Assembly: GCA_013152275.1 (NCBI GenBank)
Contig: JAADGS010000074.1
Coordinates: 1-64,000 of the forward strand
Length of the DNA stretch: 64,000 nt
Direction: 5' to 3'
DNA from: Actinomycetota bacterium
GTDB lineage: Bacteria; Actinomycetota; Acidimicrobiia; Spongiisociales; UBA4744
Each line of letters starts with the position of its first letter. Within the stretch, counting starts at the first letter, position 1. Shown here one piece after another: positions 29,919 through 41,121 of the stretch. Below the pieces are notes generated by a model. That model saw only the letters and a program-made list of their open reading frames with translations, had not been told where the DNA came from and ran no database searches. A program made the translations under genes and the position numbers.

Positions 29919-31004
29919 GTGCGGATACGTGCAGAAAGAGATGAACTCACCGATGTCTTCTCCCGGGCAGCCCGGGCCGTAGGCCAGCGCCCGGCGCAAC
30001 CGATTCTGCAGGGTGTGCTCTGTGAGACAGTCGGGTCGAAGCTTCGCGTCACCGGAACCGATCTCGAAGCAACGATTCGGACGACTGCGGCGGTCGACGT
30101 GCAGGAGGAGGGCCGTGCCGTGGTTCCCGCCCGGTTGGCCACCGAGGCGATTCGAAAGATGCCGATCGGCGTGGTCACGATCGAGTCGACGAACGGGGAA
30201 GTCGTCATCACGGGGCGGGGTCCTCAATTCAGTCTGCGTGAGCTTCCTGTGGCCGACTATCCCGATCTCGGGGAACCGAATCTGGAGGGGTCGGTCGCCG
30301 TGGCCGGCGACGCGTTGGGGAACGCGATCGCCCAGGTTGGGATTGCGGCTTCAACTGATGCTGCTCGGCCCATCTTGACGGGCGTACTGCTGGAGCCGGG
30401 GGAGGAGGGTTTGCGCCTGGTGGCTACCGATTCCTACCGACTCGCCGTGCGGGAGATCAAAGGGTTTGCTCTTCGAGAGGCCGGGCTCGTGCCGGCCAAG
30501 GGATTGAAGGAGCTCAGCCGCACGATCGGAGCAGCACAGATTCAGGTAGCTGTGGGAAACAGGGAAGCCGTGTTCGGGTCGGAGCGAGGAAGCCTTACGT
30601 TGAGGCTGATCGAGGGCAACTTCCCGAACTACCGGCAACTTCTCCCGGAGTCGCACCCGAATCGACTGATTGTGGACAAAGAGCAACTTCTCGAGGCGCT
30701 CGGTCGTGCGGGGCTCGTTGCGGAAGACCATATTCCGGTGCGTATCAAGATGATGGAGGGAGGTGCGGAGATGACGGTCACCCGGCAGGATGTCGGCGGG
30801 GAGGTCGAGCACATCAACGGTACCTTCGAGGGCTCCGTCGAGGAGGTGTTGATCGCGTTCAACCCCCGGTATCTGAGTGAGGGCGTTTCGGCGATCACCA
30901 GCGAGCAGGTACAACTTCAAGTGATGGATGGTTTGAAACCTGCCGTACTCAAGGGAGTAGACGACGATTCGTTCCTCTACCTGTTGATGCCGGTGCGTAT
31001 CTGA
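29919..31004 (+). CDS. dnaN: DNA polymerase III beta sliding clamp
   Basis: TGTDLE, RPILTGV, VATDSYRLA, IAFNPRYL, LLMPVR. Confidence 0.98.
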   Translation: MRIRAERDELTDVFSRAARAVGQRPAQPILQGVLCETVGSKLRVTGTDLEATIRTTAAVDVQEEGRAVVPARLATEAIRKMPIGVVTIESTNGEVVITGRGPQFSLRELPVADYPDLGEPNLEGSVAVAGDALGNAIAQVGIAASTDAARPILTGVLLEPGEEGLRLVATDSYRLAVREIKGFALREAGLVPAKGLKELSRTIGAAQIQVAVGNREAVFGSERGSLTLRLIEGNFPNYRQLLPESHPNRLIVDKEQLLEALGRAGLVAEDHIPVRIKMMEGGAEMTVTRQDVGGEVEHINGTFEGSVEEVLIAFNPRYLSEGVSAITSEQVQLQVMDGLKPAVLKGVDDDSFLYLLMPVRI

Positions 31005-32087
31005 ATGAAGCTCGATTGGATCGAGCTCACCGACTTTCGGTCGTACACCAGGGAGCGGATCACGCCGACGGAACGGGTGAACGTGATCGTGGGACCCAAT
31101 GGCTCTGGGAAGACGAATCTCCTCGAGGCGATCGCGTATCTCGGAGGGCTCCAGTCGGTGCGTGGAGCTCCGGAGGACATTCTGGTGCGTCAGGGAGCAG
31201 AGGAGGCGATCCTCAGGGGTGAAGTGACGAGAGCCAATGGAGGGTCCCGAATCGAGATAGCGATCGGGCGTAGGCGGAGAGTACTGGTAAATGGTCGGCG
31301 GCCGGCTCGCAACGCCGAGGTCCTCGAACATCTGCGTGTGGCGACGTTCCTACCGGACGATTTGGAGATCATCAAGAGGGGTCCCGGGTATCGGCGAGAG
31401 TTCTTGGATGCCACCGCCATTCAGCTGTGGCCTGGAGCGTACGGGGACCGTAGGGATTTCGAGCAGGCGCTACGTCAGCGTAATGCCCTCCTCAAAGCGG
31501 GTCATGTTGATCGCTTCACCCTCCAAGTATGGGACGAGCGCCTGTCGCAGGCGGGTGCCAGGGTGATGGCACGCAGGGCGGCGGCGGCGCGCCTACTCCT
31601 CGAGAGGGTCGGGGACATCTATCAGAGACTCTCCGGTGCGAGACAGGACGTGGAACTCGAGTATGTCTCCGCCTGGGGAGCTACGATCGACGACGTTCCC
31701 GTTGAGGACTTACGGGAAAGGCTCAAGGGAGCACTCGAGTCACATCGCAAGGTGGATGTGGAGCGAAGACAGACTTCTCTGGGACCACATCGTGACGAAC
31801 CCCGCTTCCTCCTTGGCGGCCTCTCCGCTCGACGGGCGGCGAGTCAGGGAGAACAGAGAACATTGATGCTCGGTCTGAGACTCGCGGCACATGGGGCTGT
31901 CGCGGACATCATCGGCGAGATGCCCGTCCTGTTGCTGGACGACGTCTTCTCTGAACTGGATGTGCGGCGGACGGCTGCTCTGGCAGACGCGCTTCCTGCG
32001 GCCCAGACGTTCATCACGACCGCCCGTTCGGATGATGTACCCCTCGCAGGCAAGAGGTGGGATGTGATCGCGGGGCATGTGCAGTGA
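31005..32087 (+). CDS. recF: DNA replication/repair protein RecF
   Basis: GPNGSGKTNLLEAI, GPHRDE, ASQGEQR, LLLDDVFSELD. Confidence 0.97.
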   Translation: MKLDWIELTDFRSYTRERITPTERVNVIVGPNGSGKTNLLEAIAYLGGLQSVRGAPEDILVRQGAEEAILRGEVTRANGGSRIEIAIGRRRRVLVNGRRPARNAEVLEHLRVATFLPDDLEIIKRGPGYRREFLDATAIQLWPGAYGDRRDFEQALRQRNALLKAGHVDRFTLQVWDERLSQAGARVMARRAAAARLLLERVGDIYQRLSGARQDVELEYVSAWGATIDDVPVEDLRERLKGALESHRKVDVERRQTSLGPHRDEPRFLLGGLSARRAASQGEQRTLMLGLRLAAHGAVADIIGEMPVLLLDDVFSELDVRRTAALADALPAAQTFITTARSDDVPLAGKRWDVIAGHVQ

Positions 32088-32392
32088 GTGACCTGGAGAG
32101 CATTCGGGGAATCATCGACACGGCACTCGGGAAATGGGGTGTCGGACAGGTGGGTGCATTTGTGAACCTGACGGAGCACTGGCCGGAGATTGCGGGTGAG
32201 CAGTGGGCCAAACACGCGAAACCGGTGCTCCTGCGTAGGGCGGTTCTGACGGTGGAGGCATCGCCTGCAGCGGCTTCCATCCTGCGGTATACGATCGGAG
32301 ATCTCCTGCTTGCCTTGGACAGGAAACTCGGAGAGGGTGTGGTGATGGAGGTTCGTATCCGGCTTACCGGGCAGGGCCGTCCGACCGTCTGA
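32084..32392 (+). CDS. DciA/DUF721 family protein
   Basis: W.EIAG, L.V.A.....A..L pattern; canonical position between recF and gyrB; GTG overlaps recF stop. Confidence 0.85.
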   Translation: MSDLESIRGIIDTALGKWGVGQVGAFVNLTEHWPEIAGEQWAKHAKPVLLRRAVLTVEASPAAASILRYTIGDLLLALDRKLGEGVVMEVRIRLTGQGRPTV

Positions 32393-32537
32393 TTCATCAT
32401 GATTTTCCTAGGGTTTTTCCCTATCGACCGTCTTGGGTTGAGGGGGTCGTCCGGCTATACTTACACGTGTGTAAATCAAGGCTCGGGCGGGGACCGGGGG
32501 GTGCCGCCACGGGGCCGTTGTTTTGTGAAGGAGCCCA

Positions 32538-34457
32538 GTGAATCAACGTACGCCGAGTGACTACGACGCGAAGGACATCACCGTCCTGGAGGGTCTGGAT
32601 CCCGTACGGCGGCGACCGGGCATGTACATCGGTTCGACCGGTCCCCGGGGTCTGCATCATCTCTTGTGGGAAGTTGTGGACAACTCGATCGACGAGGCGA
32701 TGGCCGGTTTCTGTTCTCGCATCGAGGTGACGCTGCTGAGCGACGGGGGAGTCCGGGTCAAAGACAACGGGCGTGGGATTCCTGTCGATCGACATCAGAA
32801 GACCAAGGAGTCGGCGTTGACCACGGTGCTTACGACGCTGCACGCGGGGGGGAAGTTCGAACGAGGTGCATATCAGGTCTCCGGCGGTCTGCACGGTGTG
32901 GGCCTGTCTGTCGTCAACGCGTTGTCGGAGAGACTCGACGTAGAGGTGACCAGAGACGGCTTCCTGTGGTCTCAGTCGTTCCACCTGGGTAATCCTCTTG
33001 GCTCGGTCAAGAAGGTGAAGCCGGCCCGAAGGACAGGGACGACGACCACGTTCTGGCCTTCAACCGAGACCTTCACGGAGACGACGACGTTCAACTTCCA
33101 GACTGTGTCTTCTCGCCTCAGAGAGATGGCGTTTCTCAATCGAGGGATCACGATCATCCTGAGGGACGAGCGAGGCGAGGAACCTGTCGAGCAGGTGTTC
33201 CAGTACAAAGGCGGACTCATCGATTTCGTCAAACACCTCGGCGCGAGCAAAGAACCCGTACACCCGCATATCGTCTATTTCGAAGATGTCGCCGAAGAGG
33301 CAGAGCTCGAAGTCGCCATGCAGTGGATGAGAAACTCCTACACCGAGACGGTTCTCAGCTTCGCGAACAACATCAATACCCATGAGGGTGGAACACACGA
33401 AGAGGGCTTCAGAAAGGCCCTGACCAGGGCACTGAACGAGTTCGCTCGCAGTAAAGGAATCTTGAAGGAGAAGGACCTCAATCTGAACGGAGAAGACGTT
33501 CGCGAGGGGTTGACGGCGATCATCTCGGTGAAAGTTCGTGAGCCCCAGTTCGAGGGACAAACCAAGACGAAGCTGGGGAATACGGAGGTGCGCGGATACG
33601 TCGAGAAAACGCTGAACCGCATGCTGCCCGAATGGCTGGAACGGCGTCCCGGTGAAGCCCGTGCGATAGCCGAAAAGGCCATCAACGCCTCGCGTGCGCG
33701 GATGGCGGCTCGTAAGGCCCGTGAACTGACCCGACGGAAATCCATGCTCGAGTCGGCCAGCCTTCCGGGCAAGTTGGCGGATTGTTCCTCTCGCGAAGCC
33801 GAAGAGTCCGAGATGTTCATCGTGGAGGGTGATTCCGCCGCCGGCCCGGCCAAGCAGGGACGGGACAGCCACACACAGGCCATCCTGCCGATCCGCGGCA
33901 AGATCATCAACGTCGAGAAGGCACGGTTGACCAAGGCACTCCAGAACACGGAGATCCAAGCGCTGATCACAGCCATCGGAACGGGCATTGGAGAAGAGTT
34001 CGATCTGGCGAAAGCTCGCTACCACAAGGTCGTGCTGCTCACCGACGCGGACGTCGACGGTGCCCACATCCGTACGCTCCTCCTCACGTTCTTCTTCCGG
34101 CACATGAAACCGTTGATCGAGGCGGGCTACGTGTACATCGCACAACCACCGCTGTATCGCGTGAAGCAGGGCAAGAACGTGAGCTATCTCGCCGACGACG
34201 CCGAGCTCGCCGCCTACCGGGAACAGGCGGGAAAGAAACGAGTGGACGTGAGCCGGTTCAAGGGGCTTGGCGAGATGAACGCTTCCGAGCTGTGGGAGAC
34301 GGCCATGGATCCCGAACGACGCCGTCTCCTGCGGGTGGACCTGGAGGACGCGACCCGCGCCGAAGAGGTCTTCTCCACGTTGATGGGTGATGACGTGAAA
34401 GCGCGCAAGTTGTTCATCCAGCAGAACGCCAAAGACGTGCGTTTCCTGGATGTTTGA
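32538..34457 (+). CDS. gyrB: DNA gyrase subunit B
   Basis: [39 protein letters not shown]. Confidence 0.98.
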   Translation: MNQRTPSDYDAKDITVLEGLDPVRRRPGMYIGSTGPRGLHHLLWEVVDNSIDEAMAGFCSRIEVTLLSDGGVRVKDNGRGIPVDRHQKTKESALTTVLTTLHAGGKFERGAYQVSGGLHGVGLSVVNALSERLDVEVTRDGFLWSQSFHLGNPLGSVKKVKPARRTGTTTTFWPSTETFTETTTFNFQTVSSRLREMAFLNRGITIILRDERGEEPVEQVFQYKGGLIDFVKHLGASKEPVHPHIVYFEDVAEEAELEVAMQWMRNSYTETVLSFANNINTHEGGTHEEGFRKALTRALNEFARSKGILKEKDLNLNGEDVREGLTAIISVKVREPQFEGQTKTKLGNTEVRGYVEKTLNRMLPEWLERRPGEARAIAEKAINASRARMAARKARELTRRKSMLESASLPGKLADCSSREAEESEMFIVEGDSAAGPAKQGRDSHTQAILPIRGKIINVEKARLTKALQNTEIQALITAIGTGIGEEFDLAKARYHKVVLLTDADVDGAHIRTLLLTFFFRHMKPLIEAGYVYIAQPPLYRVKQGKNVSYLADDAELAAYREQAGKKRVDVSRFKGLGEMNASELWETAMDPERRRLLRVDLEDATRAEEVFSTLMGDDVKARKLFIQQNAKDVRFLDV

Positions 34458-34467
34458 AGGAGAACCG

Positions 34468-36894
34468 ATGGCGGACGGTCACGACACAGAGATCCCTGCG
34501 GTCGACATCAACCACGAGGTGGAGAAGTCGTTCCTCGAGTATGCGATGTCGGTCATCGTCTCGCGTGCGCTTCCCGATGTGAGGGATGGACTCAAGCCGG
34601 TACAACGGCGAATCATCTATTCGATGTTCGAATCGAATATGGGACCTACGACCAGTTTCAGGAAGTGTTCGAAAGTCGTTGGTGACGTGATGGGGAACTA
34701 CCACCCGCACGGCAACGATGCGATCTACGATGCACTCGTGCGGATGGGGCAGGATTTCAGCTCCCGATATCCACTCATCGACAAGCAGGGGAACTTCGGC
34801 ACGGTCGATGATCCGCCGGCGGCGATGCGGTACACGGAGAGCCGCATGACCCATCTCGCCACGAGGCTCCTGGAGGGAATCCGTGAGGACACGGTCGACT
34901 TCGTAGAGAACTACTCGGGGGAGTCCTCCGAACCTGTGGTGCTGCCTGCTCGCTTCCCGAACCTGCTCGTCAACGGGTCGACGGGCATCGCTGTCGGCAT
35001 GGCGACGAACATCCCTCCGTACAATCTGGGCGAGATCATCGATGCAGCGCTGTTTGCACTCGAGAATCCGGATGCACCGGTCGAGGCCTACCTGGACATC
35101 GTCAAGGGACCCGACTTTCCGACCGGTGGCTACCTGGTCGGCAGGAGAGGGATTCGTGAGGCGCTGACGACAGGTCGTGGATCGGTCAAGATGCGGGCGG
35201 TCACCGACGTGCAGGAGATCCGCAAGGGCAGGACGGCGATCATCGTGACCGAACTGCCGTACCAGGTTTCACATGACCGGGTGCTCGAGAAGATCGCGGC
35301 ACTCGTGCACAGCAAGAAGATCACCGGTATCGCCGATCTCCGGAACGCGAGCTCGGATCGTGTGGGGACGAAGCTGGTCATCGAACTCAAGAAGGACGCC
35401 ATTCCGCAGGTCGTGCTGAATCAACTCTTCAAGATGACGCAGCTGCAGGACACGTTCGGTGTGAACGCGGTTGCGCTCGTCGATGGTGTTCCGCGGACGA
35501 TGAACATCGCGCAAATGATCGGGTACTACCTCGATCACCAGATGGAGGTAATCGAGCGTAGAACGCTCTTCCGTCTCGAAGAGGCCAAACGCAGGGCACA
35601 TATCGTCGAGGGATTGCTCATAGCGCTGGACAACATCGACGAGGTGATCGCGATCATCCGGAACTCGGATGACACGGCGGTTGCGCGCGCGGCGTTGATG
35701 AGAGAGTTCGAGCTGTCCGAGATCCAGGCGAACCACATTCTCGACATGCAGTTGCGGAGATTGACCGCGTTGGAAACAACCAAACTCCGGGACGAACAGG
35801 AGAGGCTCGAGGGGACCATCGCCGACCTCGAGGCCATTCTGGCCGACCCGGCGCGGCGCAGAGCGATCATCACCGAGGACCTCAAGGAGATCAAGGAGAG
35901 ATTTGCCGACGCGCGGCGAAGCCATCTCATTCCCGACGATGGCGATCTGTCTCTGGAGGATCTGATCGCGGACGAGGAACTCGTCGTGACGGTCTCGGGG
36001 AACGGGTATCTCAAATCGGTCCTGGCTCGGACGTATCGGTCTCAAGGTCGGGGTGGGCGCGGCGTGCAGGGAGCGGCTCTGCGAGAAGACGACGTGATCA
36101 ACCATCTGGTGCACACGACGGCGCATTCCTACCTGCTGTTCTTCACCAATCGGGGCAAGGTGCATCGAGTGAAGGCGCATCAGATCCCCAGGAAGGAGCG
36201 GACGGCCAAGGGAGTGCTCGCACAGGCCGTACTACCGCTGGACCCGGATGAGCGTATCGAGGCCGTGATCGACACCAGGGACTATGAAACCTCGCGCTAT
36301 CTGGTGATGGTAACGAAGATGGGTCTGGTCAAGAAGACCGCGTTTCACGACTACGACTCGAGGAATGCGACACTCGTTGCGATCAGCCTCCAAGATGGCG
36401 ATGAGGTTGTTGCCGTACGTACGACGAACGGCGAGGACGAGCTGCTGCTGTTTACGAGCAATGGTCAAGGGATCCGGTTCTCGGAGAAAGACCTGCGCCC
36501 GATGGGAAGGGCCACGAGAGGGGTTCGAGGGATCAGGTTGCGCGACGGAGACAGGGTCATTGCGGCAGCATCGAGCAAGGACGGTGAGGAGGTCCTTCTG
36601 ATCACGTCGGGTGGCTACGGGAAGCGCGTGAAGATGAGTGAGTTCCCGATCCAGCGGCGGGGTGGTATCGGAGTCAAATCCATGAAGCTGACCCGGGTTC
36701 GCGGTCACCTCGTGGCAGGCAGAGCCGTGGCCGCCGGAGCGGAGGTCTTCGTGATCTCGTCCGATGGTGTCGTGATCCGAATCGGCACGAAGACCATCAG
36801 CCGTCAGAAGAGAGACGCAAGGGGGGTGAAGGTCATGAACGTCGCCCCCGGTGTCGAGGTCACGGCAATCGCACCCGCTCCCGTCGAGGATTGA
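34468..36894 (+). CDS. gyrA: DNA gyrase subunit A
   Basis: [24 protein letters not shown], GyrA-box QGRGGRG, C-terminal pinwheel repeats. Confidence 0.98.
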   Translation: MADGHDTEIPAVDINHEVEKSFLEYAMSVIVSRALPDVRDGLKPVQRRIIYSMFESNMGPTTSFRKCSKVVGDVMGNYHPHGNDAIYDALVRMGQDFSSRYPLIDKQGNFGTVDDPPAAMRYTESRMTHLATRLLEGIREDTVDFVENYSGESSEPVVLPARFPNLLVNGSTGIAVGMATNIPPYNLGEIIDAALFALENPDAPVEAYLDIVKGPDFPTGGYLVGRRGIREALTTGRGSVKMRAVTDVQEIRKGRTAIIVTELPYQVSHDRVLEKIAALVHSKKITGIADLRNASSDRVGTKLVIELKKDAIPQVVLNQLFKMTQLQDTFGVNAVALVDGVPRTMNIAQMIGYYLDHQMEVIERRTLFRLEEAKRRAHIVEGLLIALDNIDEVIAIIRNSDDTAVARAALMREFELSEIQANHILDMQLRRLTALETTKLRDEQERLEGTIADLEAILADPARRRAIITEDLKEIKERFADARRSHLIPDDGDLSLEDLIADEELVVTVSGNGYLKSVLARTYRSQGRGGRGVQGAALREDDVINHLVHTTAHSYLLFFTNRGKVHRVKAHQIPRKERTAKGVLAQAVLPLDPDERIEAVIDTRDYETSRYLVMVTKMGLVKKTAFHDYDSRNATLVAISLQDGDEVVAVRTTNGEDELLLFTSNGQGIRFSEKDLRPMGRATRGVRGIRLRDGDRVIAAASSKDGEEVLLITSGGYGKRVKMSEFPIQRRGGIGVKSMKLTRVRGHLVAGRAVAAGAEVFVISSDGVVIRIGTKTISRQKRDARGVKVMNVAPGVEVTAIAPAPVED

Positions 36895-36974
36895 GCGTTC
36901 GGAGGTCTTGGGCCCTATCCGTGGCGGTTGTGTGAGCCGGCGGTACACTCGCGCTGAACGAGGAGTTGAGATCT

Positions 36975-37469
36975 ATGGCGGTGCGAAGGGTTCGCCGGGT
37001 TGTACGCAAGTTCGATCCGTGGACCGTGATGAAGGTGTCCCTTGTCTTCTACGCGGTGTTGGGTCTCGTCTTCATCCTGGCTGTCGTGATTCTCTGGGCG
37101 ATCATCACGAATGCCGGAATCCCACAGGCGATAGAGGACTTCCTGAAGAAGATCACTCTTCTCGATCAGGATGCATCGCTTTTCTCGGATGGAGAGCAGT
37201 ACCTACGCGTCGTCGTGTTCCTCTCGGTGGTGTGGACTGCGTTGATGACCGGACTGACCACACTCGCAGCGGTCATGTACAACTTGATCTCCGATGTCGT
37301 CGGAGGAATCGAGATCGTCGTTCTCGAAGAGACCCTGAACGTCCCCGCCTCGCCTGCGCCCGTTCGTCCACCGCAGCGGTGGACGACCCCTCCGGCGACC
37401 AGTGAGCAAGAGCTCCCGACCGAGGAGATCGAAGCCATCGAGAATCCGATCAAGGCCGCCGGAACGTAG
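36975..37469 (+). CDS. DUF3566 domain membrane protein
   Basis: DPWTVMKVSL, YNLISDVVGGIE; canonical position after gyrA. Confidence 0.9.
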   Translation: MAVRRVRRVVRKFDPWTVMKVSLVFYAVLGLVFILAVVILWAIITNAGIPQAIEDFLKKITLLDQDASLFSDGEQYLRVVVFLSVVWTALMTGLTTLAAVMYNLISDVVGGIEIVVLEETLNVPASPAPVRPPQRWTTPPATSEQELPTEEIEAIENPIKAAGT

Positions 37470-38121
37470 CTATCTCGAGGCCGGCGTTCTCGGCGGCGTC
37501 GAGATAGGGGCCGGCAACGTCTCCCACACGGACCGCTCCGACAGGCAGCGGCAACGTCGCCATCACCACTGCAGCGGCGGCCAGGGCGATGCCCGCGAGG
37601 AACGCGGCATGGTCGGCGACGCCGATGGATCGCCGGTCCCCGTTGATGATCAGGCCACCCCAGTCGCCGTCGGTTGGAGCGATGAACAGACCGTCACGAC
37701 GCTGCAACGCCTTCAGAGGCCCGACAGGAGGTGGGAAGACGACTCGCGTGCCCTTTCGGAGAGGGGTTCCCGGTCGGGTCGTTGCTACCAGGGCGGCGTC
37801 GATGCCGGATTCGTGTTCGAGGCATCGGGCGATGGCGATCAGGCCTGCTCCGGCGAAGAGAGGAATGGACGCGGTTCGGTCGAGTTCGGCGCCGAGAACG
37901 AGCGGGATGTTCGCAGCGGTGGCTCGATCAAGGATGGTTGCCGGTGTGGTGGAATCCGAGACGAGCACATCCCATTCGGAGAGATCCTCGACCCGAACGA
38001 CCCTCGGGTCTCCGCTCGGCTCCTGATCGAGGAGCCCGAGCAGGTCGAGGCGTCGTTCGGCGAGCAGCACGCTTGCCGCGCGGCTGCCAAGCGGTCCGCT
38101 CTGGTGAATGGCGACCTTCAC
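37450..38121 (-). CDS. hypothetical protein, possibly a degenerate Rossmann-fold dehydrogenase
   Basis: GTG start overlapping the upstream small gene's stop (GTGA); VKVAIHQSGPLGSRAA resembles a decayed GxGxxG strand-helix. Confidence 0.6.
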   Translation of the reverse strand: MKVAIHQSGPLGSRAASVLLAERRLDLLGLLDQEPSGDPRVVRVEDLSEWDVLVSDSTTPATILDRATAANIPLVLGAELDRTASIPLFAGAGLIAIARCLEHESGIDAALVATTRPGTPLRKGTRVVFPPPVGPLKALQRRDGLFIAPTDGDWGGLIINGDRRSIGVADHAAFLAGIALAAAAVVMATLPLPVGAVRVGDVAGPYLDAAENAGLEIATFRRP

Positions 38122-38225
38122 AGGCGTTTGAAGGGTTCCCAGGTCCCTGCCGCAGGACGGGGAGAGCGACGTCGAAGAACGACGATGCCGACGGCAAGAA
38201 GGGCAACCAGTAGGAACTTGCGCAT
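38118..38225 (-). CDS. small single-TM protein (35 aa), DLW-39-like
   Basis: MRKFLLVALLAVGIVVLRRRSPRPAAGTWEPFKRL; TACACT 6 nt before ATG; coupled to the next gene. Confidence 0.6.
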   Translation of the reverse strand: MRKFLLVALLAVGIVVLRRRSPRPAAGTWEPFKRL

Positions 38226-38714
38226 GGGCGAAGTGTAGGGCGGGTCCCTGACTGCATGGCACAGGTCTTCAAGGAGACCGATGGTGCACCTGGAGGCTCC
38301 CGGGAAGGGAAGTACAGACCCCGAGGTTGTGGCCGGACACGAGGTGATGATGGTCGGCGTGGGACCCATCGTCTGGGTGGTGTGGCTCTTCTGCTCGAGA
38401 TTCGTGGGGAACCCACCGGGAAGAACGCTCTGTTCACACGTCGGCGTAGGTGAGCTTCGCCGAGGCTGCCCGCAACGTGGCGCCACACAGGTGTCGACGG
38501 CGCATTCGCTCGTACCGTCCTACGGAAGGGAACGAGAGGCGCCCACCGCTGGCAGGAGTCTGCCGGGTACAGCCGGTGAGCAGAGTGGGCGGCCGCCCGC
38601 GTGAATTGCAGGGGCACCGATTCCGTTACTGGCCGTGCGGTACCGGCGTGATCGGGAACGCGGTAGGTGGCGACGCACGGTCGTCGAAGTGCGTTCCATG
38701 CATCGGTCGACGGC

Positions 38715-39212
38715 CTACCCGTCCGGTGGGGGGTTGGAGAGAGCCGCTGCTCGCGAGACGATTCGCAGGAGGTGCCCTTGGTACTCGAGAGGAAGTTCGG
38801 CACTCATTGCTCCGACGGTGATCAGGTCGAGATAGTCGTCGGGTGGCCGGTAGGGGCCCTTGGGGTTGGTGATCGTGAGTGTTTCCGCCTCGACGCGGCT
38901 GCCATCTGCAAGGAACACAACAACCGGCAAGACGCGATAGGCCGTTCCGACACCTGAGAGTTCCTTGAGAGCAGACCACTCGTCGCCGGGTATTTCGTAC
39001 AGAACACCGAATGTCTGCATTCCGGGGAGGGGGCTGAGAGCGCACCCTCCGTCTCGCGGCCCATCCCCGAAGCATTGCAGCGCAAGCTCGTAGTCGGGCA
39101 GATACGCCTGGCCGCGGCGGACGGCAGATGCGCAGTGCCCCTGCATGGATGTGGCGCCGAGCAGCGTTCCGTAGGCGAAGTAGAGGATGGAGTCTGGGAG
39201 CGGTGACGACAT
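38715..39212 (-). CDS. gamma-glutamylcyclotransferase (GGCT/AIG2-like) family protein
   Basis: LYFAYGTL, GVLYEI, P.DDYL..I..GA; TGATG coupling to the GntR gene. Confidence 0.85.
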   Translation of the reverse strand: MSSPLPDSILYFAYGTLLGATSMQGHCASAVRRGQAYLPDYELALQCFGDGPRDGGCALSPLPGMQTFGVLYEIPGDEWSALKELSGVGTAYRVLPVVVFLADGSRVEAETLTITNPKGPYRPPDDYLDLITVGAMSAELPLEYQGHLLRIVSRAAALSNPPPDG

Positions 39213-39949
39213 CAGAAACCGATCTCGGATGTCGAATCCACAAACCCGGGCATTGCAGAGATGATGGTTGCGGCCACCTCGAGGTGGCGGCGCACCGCCG
39301 CCGCAGCACCGTCGGCATCGCCCGCCCGAACGCACGCCAGAATGGCTCGATGGTCCGCCGAGAAATCGTGGGTGATGTCGGTGTCGTGCGAAGCTTGTCG
39401 CACCAGCACCATGTCTCTCAACCGATCAACGAGTTCGACCAGTGTCTGGTTGCCCGCCTGCATCAGCAACGTGCGATGAAAGGCCCGATCCAGCTCCTGA
39501 AGTCGGTACTTGTCGTTCCCGGCCCGGGCCTCCTGCTCGAGGATCTCGGTCATCTCTGCAACGGCCTCTTCCGACGCGTTCATGACCGCACGGCGCGTCG
39601 CCGGGATCTCGAGAAGGAACCGTACCTCGAACATGTCGCGTAGATCATCGATCGACGTGGGGACAACGCGAACGCCACGATTCTGCTCGAACTGCACCAT
39701 GCCTCGCGAGGCAAGCTCGAGAAGCGCCTCGCGAACCGGTGTCCGCGACGTGCCGAGCGAATCGGCCAGCTGAGCCACCGAGTACAAAGTGCCGGGCACG
39801 AGGTCGCCGAGGACGATCGAGCGACGTAACACCTCGGTCGCTTCACGTCGGAGACTTCGCCGAGCGCCGAGGCGGATCAACCCGCCGTGGACTTCTGTCG
39901 TGGCGCCCGTTTTCAGTTGATTGTCATCCATTGCAGAAAGACTCCCCAT
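39212..39949 (-). CDS. GntR family regulator (FCD domain)
   Basis: LGTSRTPVREALLEL HTH; FEVRFLLE, DRAFH, H..I. Confidence 0.95.
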   Translation of the reverse strand: MGSLSAMDDNQLKTGATTEVHGGLIRLGARRSLRREATEVLRRSIVLGDLVPGTLYSVAQLADSLGTSRTPVREALLELASRGMVQFEQNRGVRVVPTSIDDLRDMFEVRFLLEIPATRRAVMNASEEAVAEMTEILEQEARAGNDKYRLQELDRAFHRTLLMQAGNQTLVELVDRLRDMVLVRQASHDTDITHDFSADHRAILACVRAGDADGAAAAVRRHLEVAATIISAMPGFVDSTSEIGF

Positions 39950-40002
39950 GGTTGTGGACTCGTGCTGTCACTGCCTACCGAATCATTGTCGAAATTGCCA
40001 TT

Positions 40003-40024
40003 TGCATATCACGTGTGACATGTA
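40003..40024. promoter_or_regulatory. imperfect palindrome between divergent gntR and ABC operon (candidate operator)
   Basis: TGCATATCAC-GT-GTGACATGTA, 8/10 arm pairing, overlapping TTGCAT...CATACT. Confidence 0.5.
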
Positions 40025-40082
40025 GCATACTACTACTTCGGATTCCTCGCAGGGGAATCAGAGGGCAGCAAGGAGGACGATT

Positions 40083-41054
40083 GTGAGCGAAACAGAAGCA
40101 GGAGGAGCCGTGGGCGGACCATCGAGAGTTCGAATTGTCGTATTCGGCATGATTCTTGCACTGCTTGCAGTGGCATGTAGCTCCACGAGCGATGCGACCA
40201 CGACAACGACTTCCAACAGCGCGACGACCGCGACGACCGCGGCGACGGTGACGACCGCGACCACGGCGGCGACGGTGACGACCGCGACCACGGTGACGAC
40301 GGCCGCTGCAGCATCGTTCAACCTGGTCAAGGACGGAACGCTGACGGTGGCAGTTGCCGACTTCCCGGTCCCGGGATTCTGGGAAGGAACCGATCCGTCC
40401 CATCCCGAGGGAGGGTTGGAACCGGCGATAGCCACCTACCTCGCGAAGGAACTCGGTCTCAAAGTCGAGTTCGTACCGACGGATTTCTCGGCGATCATCA
40501 GCCGGCAGTTCGTGGGTTTCGACATTTTCCTCGATCAGGTCTCGATCACCGATGAACGCAAGAAACTCTTCGATTTCTCCGAGCCGTACTGGTTCAATCC
40601 CTTGGGGCTGATGGTCATGAAGGGAACCACGATCACGACGTTCGAGGACATCAAGAACCTTGTGCTGGGTGCCTGTGCGGGATGCAACAGCTACGATTAC
40701 ATCGTCGATGTCATTCAGCCAAACGTCAGCCCGAGGGCATTCCAGGCGGACGTCGAGAAGTACACGGCGCTCGAGTCGAATCAGATCGATGGGGCAGTCG
40801 GTGACGTCCCGGGCATGCTCTCACAGATCATTGCCCGCAAGGGAACGGACATGGTGATCGCGTGTCGTTTCCCGAAGATCTCGACTGCCGGAATCCTGAT
40901 CAGAAAGGATGCCGGGATAACCCAAGCGGTGCAGGCAGCAATGAAGAAGGCCGATGCCGACGGAACTCTCGATGCGCTTCGGGCCAAGTGGGTATTCCCA
41001 GCGCTCGGGAATCAGGACCCGATGGACACTCCAGAGTGCCCACCGAAGGGATAG
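40083..41054 (+). CDS. polar amino-acid ABC transporter substrate-binding lipoprotein
   Basis: LAVAC lipobox, Thr/Ala linker, GTLTVA, SITDERKK, DFSEPY. Start uncertain. Confidence 0.9.
   Translation: MSETEAGGAVGGPSRVRIVVFGMILALLAVACSSTSDATTTTTSNSATTATTAATVTTATTAATVTTATTVTTAAAASFNLVKDGTLTVAVADFPVPGFWEGTDPSHPEGGLEPAIATYLAKELGLKVEFVPTDFSAIISRQFVGFDIFLDQVSITDERKKLFDFSEPYWFNPLGLMVMKGTTITTFEDIKNLVLGACAGCNSYDYIVDVIQPNVSPRAFQADVEKYTALESNQIDGAVGDVPGMLSQIIARKGTDMVIACRFPKISTAGILIRKDAGITQAVQAAMKKADADGTLDALRAKWVFPALGNQDPMDTPECPPKG
40239..40292 (+). repeat. exact 27-bp tandem repeat x2 encoding AATVTTATT
   Basis: gcggcgacggtgacgaccgcgaccacg at 40239-40265 and 40266-40292, flanked by partial copies. Confidence 0.9.
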
Positions 41055-41121
41055 GCGTCGAGGTGATGAGTTACTCGGGAACAGGGCTTCAACGGGTGTC
41101 CCGTCAGGTCGTGTCCGGATA

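Noticed and set aside
38283..38294. Possible att duplication of the tRNA-Ile 3' end (CACCTGGA)
   Set aside because: Only an 8-nt exact match, expected by chance; no integrase nearby.
40010..40017. CACGTGTG core as a third copy of the gyrB/crgA palindrome
   Set aside because: Flanks differ (TCAC/GTGA rather than TACAC/GTGTA); better explained as a local GntR operator.
40221..40300. Repeat array that might be CRISPR-like
   Set aside because: No spacers; it is an in-frame Thr/Ala linker of the lipoprotein.
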